Positions 1 to 13,405 of a stretch of DNA of 64,000 bases are shown here, one piece after another; positions within the stretch are counted from its first letter, which is position 1, and each line of letters starts with the position of its first letter. Source of the DNA: Eledone cirrhosa (taxonomy: Eukaryota); the NCBI GenBank assembly GCA_964016885.1, contig OZ024749.1, positions 13,578,001 through 13,642,000 of the forward strand. Reading direction: 5' to 3'. Both the position numbers and the translations under genes were made by a program. The notes beneath the pieces are model-generated. The model made no database searches, was not told the origin of the DNA, and worked only from the letters and a program-made list of their open reading frames with translations.

Positions 1-199
1 GTGACTTTTTAGTCCAGCCAGCGACTTGAAAACTCTGGTACAAACACTACACCTGTGACAATCATTGACACATAGTGCTGGGCCCATGGTACCATGTGAC
101 GACAAGTGCAGAGAGATCTCCAGATATAAAGCAATGCCTGTGCCGTGAAGCTTTTATAGTGAGCAAAGGCACTGCACAAAGCCAGTCCCACTCTCTTAA

Positions 200-510
200 C
201 CAAGATGATATTTACCAAAAAGAAGAACAAGTCAACATCATTGGATACCATCAGGGTTGCAGGTATTATATCAGAGTTTTCCTTCTCCTAGAATTCTGCC
301 TTGACAAAGGCTAAGGGGTCATCTCTCCCGGTGATTTTGGATGGCCATTGACTCTTAATAGCTCCTTTGCCCTTTGACAGGTTTTGTTTTTAGTCCTGCA
401 GGATGTCCAAAGTCACCCTCCTCACCAAGAAACCTTGGTGGGGTTGCCAGTTTAGTCGCCAACGACCCGACCATGGGTCAGGTTGTAATGGGATACATGT
501 TACCAGTAGC
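200..510 (-). mobile_element. Possible RTE-clade LINE 5' non-coding remnant
   Basis: The reverse complement of 274-313 (agcctttgtcaaggcagaattctaggagaaggaaaactc) resembles a motif I recall from RTE LINE 5' regions. There is no coding support. Confidence 0.3.
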
Positions 511-515
511 ACCAA

Positions 516-1240
<725 letters not shown>

Positions 1241-1402
1241 CTTTCTAGCATAGTTGCGGCCCTTTACAGTCTGAGCTCAAATTCCGCCGAGGTTAACTTT
1301 GCCTTTCATCCTTACGGGGTCGATAAAATAAAGTACCAGTAATGTACTGGGTAATTGCTGGCCTTGTGCCTAAAGTAGAAACAATTATTATTATTATTAT
1401 TG

Positions 1403-2400
1403 ACACCTGGAATGTTTCCAGGCACTCACTGCCCTCTACCAAGCGGGCAATGCGATCAGTGGAACTTCCACTCTCGAGTTCTATAGAGGATTAGTGGTAG
1501 GCAAGTGCGATGACGCACTCGGAGAAGCTTTGGGCCTCGATGAAGTCGAACTGACCAGTCTGTACCGGAGGACTTTTGAGCCGGGGACGATGTACAATTT
1601 CAAGAAATCCCTCGCTTGGCAGTGCTACCGGGGGGCACTGCCGGTTCGGGATAAACTCTACAGGCACGGAAGTGCTGTCAGACGGACCTGCCCAAGATGC
1701 GCACAGAACGACGAAACCGTTCTGCACGCACTTGTCCAATGTCCGTGCATTACTGACTTGTGGAGTTACGTCGAACAGCTACTGTCGCGTGTGGAACGAA
1801 TCCGGCTATCGGCCGAGTCCATAGTGAAGATCGAGCCGCCGCCTTCTTTAGATCAGGAAGAGCAGGAAATTTTCCTCTGTCTGGTGGCAGTTGCGAAAGA
1901 GATTATATGGTGGACCAGGTTGAAAGGACTAAAGACAGATACTTTTCTCTTCGGCCAATCCCTCATCAACTTCTTCAAGTTTCACCTGGAAAGGAGGGTG
2001 AGGGTGGAGAGAGAAGTGCTGCCCCCCAGTACATTTTCTAAAAGGTGGGTGAATGTGGCGAGAATGGCTCGTGTGAATGGGCCTACTCTGACCATGCGCC
2101 TATAGGCTAGCTAACTTGAGGAGAGGGGTGCTCTCCCTGGGTGCCCTAGAAGCGCAGGGTGGTTCAGGATTGGCGGTGTACCCGAATCACCCCAGGGCCG
2201 TCCACCCCCTATCGGGGAATTTATTTTGTTATATTTATGCATAGTTTATTTTATATTTTTATATTTTCATTGTTAAATTAGTCTTGCCATTGTGCACTTT
2301 TACTCGACCTTATTGTAAACCCCCACTGTCCCTGTCTTTGTATTGTCCCCTACATGTCGGCCCTTGTGGCTAATAAATGAAATCATTATTATTATTATTA
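1403..2400 (+). mobile_element. 5'-truncated Tx1/L1-clade LINE (ORF2 C-terminus, 3' UTR, ATT tail)
   Basis: ORF 1494-2105 has the ORF2 C-terminal zinc-finger region (AWQCYRGALPVRDKL...CPRCAQNDETVLHALVQC). The element ends cccttgtggctaataaatgaaatc(att)n. Confidence 0.85.
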
Positions 2401-2507
2401 TTATATATGTGCATATATATATATGTATATGTACATACATACATACACACACACATATATATATATACACACACACGCACACACGCACACACACACACAC
2501 ACACACC

Positions 2508-2593
<86 letters not shown>

Positions 2594-2746
2594 TACATAT
2601 ATACATATACATATACATATATACATACATATAATCCCACCCACACTTTCATATATATGCATGAACACAGATCCAAGAACCAAAATTAAAACACACAAAC
2701 ACACACACAAACACACACCCACACGCACACACACAAATACACCCAA

Positions 2747-2777
<31 letters not shown>

Positions 2778-3173
2778 TACAAAAGAAGAGAATCACACAA
2801 ATACTAAGCTTCAAAATGGCTGCCTCACTAAACATACTATCGTCTGCGTTTTTCATTAAATCTTTTCTATTATCATTTTGCTGTGTTGTTTGTGTTGTTC
2901 TTTTTTCTCAATCATTTCCAAGCAATTATTCTCAATCAGAGATAAATGCTTATTAAAACATATGGGAATCTGGTGGAAGAGGGGAGAGATAGAGAAGAAG
3001 ATAAAAAGAAGAATGAAAGAGAAAGAGAGCGAGAGAGATGTAGAGAATGTGTGTATCAGAATGTGGAGCAAAGGAAGCTACATCTACACATATATATATA
3101 TATATTAATGTTTACACACGCCTATTCATGCATATAAATTGCTAAAAAAATCTCATATATACAAATTGTATTG

Positions 3174-3211
<38 letters not shown>

Positions 3212-3378
3212 GTATGTGTGTGTGTGTATATATATGTGTGTGATGTGTGTGTGTGGGTGTTCATACATATATAGAGGTGCATCAGGGTTTAAATGTAGGT
3301 GTGTATATATATATATGTACATTCAATATATTATATATATACTTATATATACATATATATATATACATATATATACAT

Positions 3379-3493
<115 letters not shown>

Positions 3494-3505
3494 CATTCAA
3501 TATAT

Positions 3506-3536
<31 letters not shown>

Positions 3537-3579
3537 GCAAAAGAAACCAATGAACGCTTACATACACAAACAGTCTTTA

Positions 3580-3632
3580 TTCACTAACAATGTTTCATCC
3601 TCACCTTTAGGCAGGAATCATCAGAGCTCAAC
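3580..3632 (-). ncRNA. Hammerhead ribozyme-like motif (minimal type I) near the 3' end of a TA-flanked element (~3540-4635)
   Basis: The minus strand reads gagct-CTGATGA-ttcct-gcctaaaggtg-aggat-GAAA-cattgtt-agt. Stem II is tcct/agga; stems I and III are weak. A TA tract lies ~45 nt downstream. Confidence 0.55.
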
Positions 3633-3859
3633 AAATACCGTGTTGAGTATAATCTCCACAATAACTTAGGCACACGAACAATCAGAAAAAATGATAGGGG
3701 GATTGGAGATAGCTAACAAAGTGGTTCATGCTGGGGTTACTAAGCATCACTGCAAAATACCAAGGTACAATTGGATTTAACAAGATGAAGACACAGTAGA
3801 TGGCACTCAAAAATGTAGAATGTAAAATCAAAAAGTGTGAAAGTATTAAAAAGTACATA

Positions 3860-4240
3860 ATAAATGCATAAAAATGCATAAAAAATACATAAGAAATACA
3901 TAAAAAATACTTTAAAAATACATAAAAAATACATAAAGAAATACAGGCAAATGTTAAAACATAATATAAATTATATTAAAGTAATAAAATATATAAAAAT
4001 AAAGATAAAAAATAATAATAGAGATAATATAATAAAATGAAATGAAGAAAAGTAAAATAAAATGAAATAAAATAAAATAAAGTAAAATAATTAAATAAAA
4101 AATATACTAAAAATAAATTAAAATACAATAAAGTAATATAAAAAGTATAATAAAATAATAATAAATGATAATAAAATAATAAAATAATGTAATAATAAGA
4201 TAAAATTAAATTAAAAAGGATTAAAAATATTTAATAAATT
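3860..4240. repeat. A-rich low-complexity tract (AAAAT-like)
   Basis: Degenerate aaaat and aaatacat repeats. Confidence 0.8.
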
Positions 4241-4651
4241 GAGAAAAAGTTATGTTATGAGCACTTAGTGAAAGCAAGTTATTACAAGCGCAGTTCCTAG
4301 CAAACCAGCGAGTAGGATGTCAGTAGTCTATATACAGGCGTGAAGAGATCTTTTTGGTACATCCCAAAAGACTATAGTAATTCGAATGACCATCATACTA
4401 TACATACACAAGGTATATCAGTAGGTACCCGAACTAGGTAGCCAATTGGTGTTCACAAGTATATAGAAAGGTATCACAAAGGAACAGGCCTCACTCAAAT
4501 AAATATGGTTAATATATGGTATTGCTGAGTGAAACAAGTAAATACATTCAAGGCATAAAAAGAAACCATGCATAAGCAGGTTTAGGTTAGTGTGCGATAG
4601 AATTGAAGCTGTCTCAAATACGCTCCGAACTTTACGTAAATAAATAAATAA

Positions 4652-4701
<50 letters not shown>

Positions 4702-4874
4702 GACGTAAAATAAGAAAATATTTTTTTTTTAAAATTTAAAAAAAATTTTTTTCTTACTTAAATTTTCACTCCAACATATATATATATATATATATATATA
4801 ATTAGGATTTAGGATTTAGCTTCAGGCATAGCTGTATACAGATATGTATAGAAATTCTGTATAAATAAAAACCT

Positions 4875-4920
4875 AGTCTCTGAGGAGGTCACAGAATGTG
4901 TGACGAAAGAGCTTTGACAA
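4875..4920 (+). ncRNA. Hammerhead ribozyme-like motif in a ~230-bp TA-flanked element (4801-5030)
   Basis: agtct-CTGAGGA-g-gtcaca-gaatg-tgtgac-GAAA-gagcttt-gac. Stem II is a perfect 6 bp; stem I gtc/gac is short. Confidence 0.65.
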
Positions 4921-5029
4921 CATATAGACAACCTTCCGGTTATCGAACCAACCAGCCAACCGGACATTTATGATCAAATGAATTGAAAACAGGTGCGTGT
5001 GTTCTTATTGGTAGCATGACCCGCCCAAA

Positions 5030-5072
<43 letters not shown>

Positions 5073-5077
<5 letters not shown>

Positions 5078-5256
5078 AAATAACAGATTCAGTTTAAGCA
5101 AAGAATCGCTGCTTTCACCCTTAACGTTAAGGGTGAAAGCACCGATTCTTTGCTTAAACTTTAATCTGTTATTTTAATAAATATTTGCTCTAGGGTTCTT
5201 ATATATTTGATATATATTTTTCCTTTGGATTTTAGTCTTCAAATTTATTATTATTA

Positions 5257-5260
<4 letters not shown>
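5073..5260 (+). mobile_element. TA-embedded foldback mini-element, family F1 (carries hammerhead 3' half)
   Basis: Near-perfect palindrome 5073-5179 centred on ttaac|gttaa. The sense arm has GAAA-gca...tgc-tt-aaact. Other copies are at 12404, 35868, 37568 and 42333. Confidence 0.8.
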
Positions 5261-5299
<39 letters not shown>

Positions 5300-5589
5300 T
5301 ACACACACTTATATATGCATGAAGACAAACACAAGCAGCACACACATACATACACTCGCAAACACACACACACGCACATAACACACGCTCACATACACAC
5401 ACAGAATCATACTTGCACATACACACACACGTGTATTAAGTATACTTATATCATTCAATATAAATATAAACATACATCAATACAATATATATATGTATGT
5501 GTGTGTGATTGTGTGTATGTGTGTGTGTGTATAAAGCGAGTGTGTATGTGTGATTGTATGCATGTGTATATGTGTTTATGTGTGTATAT

Positions 5590-6090
5590 TATGTGTGGGT
5601 ATTTGTCTATTCGTGTGTGTATATGTGTGGGAGATAGAGAGAGACAGAAAGAGAGAGAGAGTATGTGGTTGTATGTGTCTATCTGTGTGTGGGGGGGGAG
5701 ATAGAGAGAGAGAAAGAGAGAGAGAGAGTATGTGATTGTATGTGTCTATCTGTGTGTGTGGGGGGGAGATAGAGAGAGAGAGAATGAGAGAGAGAGAGTA
5801 TGTGGTTGTATGTGTCTATCTGTGTGTGTGGGGGGAGATAGAGAGAGAGAGAGAATGAGAGAGAGAGAATGAGAGAGAGAGAGAATGAGAGAGAGAGAGT
5901 ATGTGGTTGTATGTGTCTATCTGTGTGTGTGGGGGAGATAGAGAGAGAGAAAGAGAGAGAGAGGCTATGTGGGTGTATGTGTCTATCTGTGGGGGGGAGA
6001 TAGAGAGAAAGAAAGAGAGAGAGAGAGTATGTGGTTGTATGTGTCTATTTGTGTGGGGGGGGATAGAGAGAGAGAGAGAGAGTATGTGTT
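5590..6090. repeat. ~60-bp degenerate minisatellite
   Basis: Repeated unit gtatgtggttgtatgtgtctatctgtgtgt(g)n-agat(ag)n, about 7 copies. Confidence 0.85.
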
Positions 6091-6849
6091 ATTATATAAA
6101 AAAGATGTCTCTAGTCCTTTCTATTAATGCGTTTCCAGATTTCTTGGTTGCTCCTCTATGATTAATTTGAAATAGTAACTAGTCTATTATCCTTTAGTCT
6201 CTTAACTTCTCACGTTATTCACGCCACCAGAAAAACACAAACGTAACAATGGTGGTAGTAATGGTGCAACGTTCGCCCGTTTCCATGGAGCTAGCAAAGG
6301 ATCATAGGTGTACTTGTAAAATCGTCAACGCCGGATTAAAAGAAAGGCATTATTCAACAGCTAAGTCTGATGTGGACGTCTGATGTGGACGTAGCAGAGT
6401 TGAATGTTTAAGGAGATCACTTCGCAGTCATTGAGTCGCGGATTTGATATCACTCCCTGACATCTTGAGCTAGTGTCATTGTGAAAAATTGTGTTGAGAA
6501 AGATTGTTTGAGTGTCGAATGGACTTTTCCTATATTTCCTGCATTTTGTGAACAGATTCTTCGTAAAACTATTTTATGAATAAAATATATATATGTATAG
6601 ATAGATAGCTAGATAGATAAATATGTATGTATATATATATATAGTTCAAGGAGACAACAAAGAGAGGTACAAAAGTCTTATTAGCTTATATTGGAAAGAG
6701 GAAAGAAAGTCCGACATGCCGGACTTAAGCCGTTCTTCAGGAGTACAGAGACAGGATTAGAAGCAGAAACAGGAAGAATGTCCAGTAAATACATTAAAAA
6801 AAAACGAAAATGAAGAGAGAAAACAATATACATATATACATACAAATGT

Positions 6850-7751
6850 TTGCGCATCATCAGCCACGGCATGCCTAGTCCTCCACGAAACAGGTGTTGA
6901 CAGCAAATGGATCCTCTGACCATGGGAGCACGTCCCTTCCACAAAAAGCGGAAAAGAAGGCGCTCCATTTTAGTCAGAGTTGGGCGGGGGCAAGGTACGA
7001 CGGTCAGGCGGTAGTAGATGACAGACACGATGTACGCATTCTCCACCTCCACCTGACCTTTCAGAGACAGCCTCCTCTCGGCCCATTTCTGGGTAAGAGA
7101 GGCCACCCTGCTTGTCACCTCGCTCCAGTTTTTCTCCATCTAGAGGTCCGGACCGAACCAGATCCCGAGCAATTTAACCCGTCCTTCCGTCCAGCGCCCC
7201 ACGACGCTGTCGGACGGCATGGACTTGCCTCTCCAGGTGCCGAGTTGCAAGCCCACCGACTTTTCCTGGTTTATTTTTGCTCCTGTCACCGCTTAGTATT
7301 CCTTGAGAGCGGTGCCGAGCATCTGGATGTGTTTGGTGCTCGACACCACCACGGTGACGTCGTCGGCGTAAGCTGACACATCTGAAGAAATCTGGCCGTC
7401 CTACCCTGTTGGGGCGTAGACGGCTACTAGCCTGAAAGCATTGCCTTCGCTGCCGGTCACGTCCAGCACCACCGACTTACCTTCTGGGTCCAGGAAGATG
7501 GCCCGTATGGCGAGATCCAAGCCTCTCCGAAAAAGCACAGCAACTCCTCCCCCCGATCCTGGACGGCTGGGAGATGCGTATACATCGTAGCCGCCGAAGA
7601 TCGGTGCGAAGGCTCGTGCTTCGGAGATTCTGGTCTCGCTGATGGCCACCACATCTATGTTTAGTGACCTGAGGTCGTTGCGCAGGTGGCCCTGCTTCCA
7701 TGACGACTCCAGTTCACGGGCATTTATGCTGCCTATTCTGAGTAAGATCAT
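6850..7751 (-). pseudogene. Tx1/L1-clade LINE ORF2 remnant: APE endonuclease N-terminus joined to RT YADD and post-RT region
   Basis: 7751-7401 encodes IGSINARE...DVVAISETR...LVAVYAP (APE). 7378-6850 encodes SAYADDVTV...GAKINQEKS...LSLKG...FLWKG...GGLG, with stop codons. Confidence 0.9.
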
Positions 7752-8024
7752 GTTGAAAAGGAGTGGAAAAAGATGGGAAAGACCACTTACCTCAATTCTT
7801 GTGGAGGAAGGATGGTTATTCCGTCCTTCTCACTGTTTGTAGCCCTCCTCCCGGAGAGTGTTTGTCGGAAGTCTCCGATGTCCATGGGGAATTTTAGTTT
7901 TCTGTTTGATGCGAGTGATTTGTATGTGTGGGGGTTGTGTGAATTTTTGGGGTGTTGTATAGTCTTTTTTTGTGATGCTGGTGTTGTGTTGGATGTAGTG
8001 TAATAATTGGTTGTTGTTCAAATT

Positions 8025-8209
8025 TAATTGTTTCTACTTTTGGCACAAGGCCAGCAATTACCCAGTACATTACTGGTAATTTATTTTATCGACCCCGTAA
8101 GGATGTAAGGCAAAGTTAACCTCGACAGGATTTGAACTCTGACCGTAAAGGGAGTAACTATGCTAGAAAGCATGGCGTCCGACCCTCTACCGATACTGCC
8201 AGTTCACCG
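8025..8209 (-). mobile_element. SINE family A
   Basis: Reverse-complement match to 1197-1385. Confidence 0.9.
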
Positions 8210-8469
8210 GTTGTGGTATGAGTGGTCTTGGTTGTTCTTTTTGACATTGCGGTGGTGGGGATGGCGGCTTTAACACCTGAAGACATTGATAATGGCGGGA
8301 AATCCATGTTTGTATGTGACAAATCTAAATAATTGCCATTGCTATTACTTATATTTTCAGTGTTGGCATTTTTTTCTGTTGTCTGTATTTTGGTTGTCGC
8401 TGTTATTGTTGTAGTTGGTGTGGTAATCTTTTTAAAATTAGTATTCTCAGTGTTGTTTTCTTTGCTCAC

Positions 8470-8645
8470 AGACACCACCACCACAACCATCAACACCACC
8501 ACCACTACCATCACCACTACCACCACTACCACCACCTCTATCACCACTACACCACAACCACCACCACTACCACAACCACCACTACCACAACCACTACCAT
8601 CACTATCATCACTATCCCCACTACCCCTACCACCACCACCAACAT
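8470..8645. repeat. (ACC/ACT)n compound trinucleotide repeat
   Basis: Direct reading of the sequence. Confidence 0.85.
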
Positions 8646-11195
8646 CACAGTACCAAGGTCTAACTTGTATTCACCAAACAGGAAAAGCTTCCAGGTGATA
8701 TGAATAATATTGATATTGCCTTGCCTTGAAAAGGGGAGGTAATTCATGTCGGCTTGAGATTAAACAAAATGGCCGCTAGCCCTATATACTTCATAAAGAC
8801 TAGTCCACACCACCAACACCAACACTACCACCACCTCTGTCCTATATATAGCCGTTAACACTAAACCTCACCGCTGTACTATAGACACAAACATTAGACA
8901 GCCACCATTGTATATATGTCTGGAGAAGTCTGGTAGAAGTATTCTGAAATAACTGAACAGTTTTATAGGTGGCAGTGGTGGTGGTTATGGGAGGGTTTTG
9001 AGGGTAGGTGGTGGTAGTGGTAGGGCTTGTTATGGTGGAGGTAGGTGGCGTTAGTGGTAGTGGTGAGGTTATGGGGGTAGGTGGTATATTTGGCTCTTGG
9101 GCTGTTGATATTCTATTTGTGGTTGTTTATGTTGTAGTTGTTGCTGTTGATGTGGTTGTTGTAGTTGTGGTTGCTGTAGTTGTGGTTCTGGTTGCTGTGG
9201 TTGCTGGTGTGTTTGTTTGTGTTGTAGTTGTGGTTGTCGTTGAATTTATGGTTGTTGTTGTGGTTGTTGTCGTCGAATTTGTGGTTGTTGTAGTTGTGGT
9301 TGTTGAAGTTGTTGTTGCAGTAGTTACGGTTATTAATATGATATTGGTCGTTTATGTTGTTGTTTGTTAATGTTGTTATTGTTGTTGTGGTTGCTGTCAC
9401 CCCAGGCCGTTGATCAACACCTTCCCAGTGTTTTTCTTTTCTTCCGTTTCAGATAGTTGAATGAAATATGAGGGAGACATGGCCACTATTTCTAGTATTC
9501 GCAGTTCACCCGCCCCACTGACTCACCAGGAAGGTTAGCAGAATATTATAATTGAGAATATGTTGTAGGTCACTAAAGTGCCAGTCAAGACATCAAGCAG
9601 ACCCTTTCTGAGTAGTTTCATATTGCAAATCATTTCTGGAAACTGAAAAAACGAAGCAATGCCCGCCAATAACTTGCAATATCATCGATACACTTGACCT
9701 ATATATAACTGGACCACGGAACACGAAACTGCAGTTTTTGCTAGCTGAGAAGTTCCATATATTGAAAACAGCCAGTTATATCACTGGCCGAGGATCAGAG
9801 ATATTGTTTAAATGCCGCCGTCAGAGCATTGCTTCTTGGACAGTTTACGCATAGCATTTAAGGTTAACCCCAGAATCATAATCACTAGGCGAGCCTTATA
9901 TATGTGTGTGTGTGTGTTTGTGGGTGTGTGTGTGTGTGTGTGTCTGTGTGTGTCTGTGTCTGTGTATGTGTGTGTGAGTGTGTGTGAGTGTACATACATA
10001 CGCATAACACACACACACATATGTACACATGCACATATATATAGTATGTATATATAGGATATATTTATGGAGATATATATATGTATGTGTGTGTGTGCAT
10101 ATGTGTGTGTGTATGTGTGTGTATTTGTCTGTATCTGTGTGTCTACGTGCGAAATGGTGTGTCACTATATCGCCCTGTATGCATGTGTATGCATGTATAT
10201 ATTTTTGTTGTCGTTGCAGCTTTTTTTTTATAATTTGCCTCACTAGAGAAGAAAGTATAATGTACTAAGGCGCCAGCGAGTCAGTGAGAGAGGAGTGGGG
10301 GAGAGGGGCTGGGAAAGGAAGGGGACATATTTCTAATGACGGGTATCTTTCAGTTGCTCCAGTAACCTTATTGAAAATGAAGATCCCCCCTCCCAAAACA
10401 AAAATAAATAAATGGATACTAACACACACCAAAAGTATTTTTAAAAAATCAGAAATACTACTTCTAAGGATTATTATTTTATTAAAAATAAAAATAACGA
10501 AAAACACACACATAACAAGTAAAACAGGATAATATATATATATACGTGTGCGTGCGTGTGTGTGTGTGTGTGTGTGTATAAATATATAAATGTACATATA
10601 TATATATAAGTGAAGTTTAAACCCCACCCTATAAAGCTGTAGCAGGAATCGATCCCCGCTCCCCATATTCATAGATAAATAATAGGGTAACAAAAGACAT
10701 CAAAAGAACTGAGCTTTGCACAGAGGCTTTTGTGAATCCTGGAAAGAAACCTTTTCTTCCGAAACCCTTTGATCTTTACATAGCGCGCCCTCTGCTGGGA
10801 TATTTATATAGTGTCACTCCCTCCTTGTCACCCCCACCCTCCCTACACACTATCTCTCTCATTTCTTCAAAGCGCCCTCATATTACTCTCTCCCACTCGC
10901 TCACTCTGTTCTTTCTGACTCCCTCTCTCTCACCCACTCTCCTTCACCCTTCCCTGATTCATAATCTCTTTCACTCTCTCTCTCTTTCTCTCTCCTCTCT
11001 CACTCTCTCTCTCTCTCACACCCTCTTCGCCATTCTCTCACGCTATATTCTTCAATTACCATTGATCTGAGATTGGGAAATATATTTCCCTTTCCTGACA
11101 TACATACATATTTATATACATACATACATATGTACAGGCATAAATAGATACATACACACACACACACACTCACACACACACACACACACACACAG

Positions 11196-11269
<74 letters not shown>

Positions 11270-11282
<13 letters not shown>

Positions 11283-11931
11283 TGTATTCCTGACTGTTTG
11301 TTTGTTTGTTCACGAACTCCTCCTATGGTTTTGGAGATAGACCCCCACAACCAATTATATTCTGAAACTATATTGCCCAGGGTATTTGGATAAGTATATT
11401 TCATTTTAATCAAAGGGTTCCCGGGGGCACAAAATCCCCGCTGAAAACCCCCGCTGAAAATCTTTTCCCTTCGATTTCTATGAAATTTAAACCATAGGTA
11501 AATGACAAGATACGATGCCTATTCACAAAGTTTCAGCAATATTATTAAGACACCCTAATGGTGGTTAAATCCCCTTTTAGGGTTCCCCGGAGGCACAAAC
11601 CCCCGCTGAAAATGTTTTCCCTTCTATTTATATGAAATTTACACCATAGCTAAATGACAAGATATGATGCCTATTCACAAAAGTTTTGAATTGATATTTT
11701 GAAAAATATTATTTACAAGAAACAAAATACGAATAAGATTTAATAATGTAATTTTGATTTGATATATGACAAAAGACAATGTTTTCCAATTTTTCATGCA
11801 TTACATTTTACATTGAGTAGTATTGAAATGCAAAATTTTTCTCATAAATTCTATCACTGATTTAAAATCAATCATCATTTTCTTATAAAAAAAATGTGTG
11901 AAACGCAGCAAGGCGCGGGTAATTAGGCTAG
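11270..11931 (+). mobile_element. Non-autonomous Helitron
   Basis: The 3' end cgcagcaaggcgcgggtaattaggCTAG|t resembles that of the Helitron ending at 42022. There are (gttt)n repeats near the 5' end and an internal ~165-bp-period duplication (11414-11530, 11580-11680). It is inserted in a TA tract. Confidence 0.7.
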
Positions 11932-11956
11932 TATATATATATATATATATATATAT

Positions 11957-12150
11957 AGTTTTAATATAGATGAGATTCTACAGGACTAGAACTGTTTCAT
12001 TCTTTAGAAATCATCAGGGATTCCTGATGATTTCTAAAGAATGAAACAGTTCTAGTCCTGTAGAATCTCATCTATATTAAAACTTTTATACTCTGCTATG
12101 TATTGAGTACCTTACTTACTGTGGTTACCTCCGATTCAACCCGGAATAAC
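11957..12150 (+). mobile_element. TA-embedded foldback mini-element, family F2, with hammerhead core
   Basis: 128-bp near-perfect palindrome 11957-12084. The sense arm reads c-CTGATGA-tttc-taaa-gaat-GAAA-cagttctagtc. A partial relative lies at 20521-20580. Confidence 0.8.
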
Positions 12151-12151
12151 G

Positions 12152-12222
<71 letters not shown>

Positions 12223-12403
12223 AGTATATTTACCAACATATGTGTACAGATGTTCACCTATGCTAGCAAATATATATGTTATGTCTTAGTAGCTTTGTGG
12301 TTCTATGCAGGGGGATGCAGAACAATTATATGAAAGACGTAAAATAAGAAAGTTTTAAAAATCAAAAATCAACTTACTTACTATATATATATATATATAT
12401 ATA

Positions 12404-12565
12404 AAAATAACAGATTAAAGTTTAAGCAAAGAATCGCTGCTTTCGCCCTTAACGGTTCTTATATATCTGATACATGGGTTGCTCTACGGTTCTTATATAT
12501 CTGATATATATTTATCCTTATCGAGCCTTCTTTGGATTTTAGCCTTCAAATTTATTATTATTACT
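12404..12565 (+). mobile_element. Family F1 mini-element with inverted 5' segment
   Basis: The inverted segment aaataacagattaaagtttaagcaaagaatcgctgctttc is followed by the same 3' tail as 5185-5260. Confidence 0.75.
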
Positions 12566-12576
12566 ATATATATATG

Positions 12577-13020
12577 CTGCATGTGTACTGTCAACTTTGC
12601 TGTATGCATGTGAGACATGGATTGCCTACAAACGGAATATCCACAGACTGGAACGGTTTCACCAGCAGTGTCTCAGAAAGATGCTCGGTATCAAGTGGCA
12701 GATGCATGTGAGTGATGTTGAGGTCCTTGGGAGAAGTGAGTGTCGGAGCATTGAGAGTATCATCCACCAACGGCGTTTGCGATGGCCAGACACCTTGCAG
12801 AATGGAGGATGATCGAATCCCCAAACAACTCTTGTATGGTGAGTGTTGTGAGGGTAAGAGACCACCTCACAAGCCAAGGCTCCGATTCAACAATTGTGTG
12901 CAAAGGACTCATTGAAAAAAACTGGTTTGATGATGGCTGACTGGGAGATAGAAGCTCTTGAAAGAGAAACTTGGCGTGGAATAGTGAATGAGGGGTCCAT
13001 AATGTTGAGGACAGACGTAT
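12577..13020 (+). pseudogene. RTE-clade (BovB-like) LINE ORF C-terminal remnant
   Basis: Encodes LLYACETW...LERFHQQCLRKMLGIKW...RRLRW and, after a frameshift, RMEDDRIPKQLLYGE...GKR...KPRLR. Confidence 0.9.
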
Positions 13021-13091
13021 AGAGCGTTATTTTATATTCGCACACTATTCACTTTTCTGAGATACTTAGAAGTGAAGGGTTTACTAATTTC

Positions 13092-13171
13092 ACACCCACT
13101 GATGAGCAATAGAATTGGTAATTCCCTATCACTAAATTGCGAAACAGCATTACCAAAAGCTGTCTGGGTGT
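13092..13171 (+). ncRNA. Canonical type I hammerhead ribozyme
   Basis: Stem I acaccca/tgggtgt; CTGATGA at 13099-13105; stem II gcaat/attgc; GAAA at 13141-13144; stem III cagc/gctg; GUC triplet with predicted cleavage after 13164. Confidence 0.92.
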
Positions 13172-13343
13172 CTGACAGTTGTCACAATTTCGGTTTGTAT
13201 TCTTTTCCTTAATTTATTCTTTTAAATTGAGTCTGGCAAACCCTATTATTCAAAATTAATATTTTTTTCCCCCTAGCGAATCTGGTCCCTTACGATTTGA
13301 ACACATATATGTATATATCTGTGTTTATCTCTCTTTTATATTC

Positions 13344-13405
<62 letters not shown>

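Noticed and set aside
8765-8778. YY1-like motif caaaatggccgc (also at 2812)
   Set aside because: These are isolated short motifs with no other promoter evidence.
8940-9400. Thr/Asn-rich or Val-rich protein
   Set aside because: This is low-complexity GTT/GTG sequence; it could be a LINE ORF1 tail but has no diagnostic motif.
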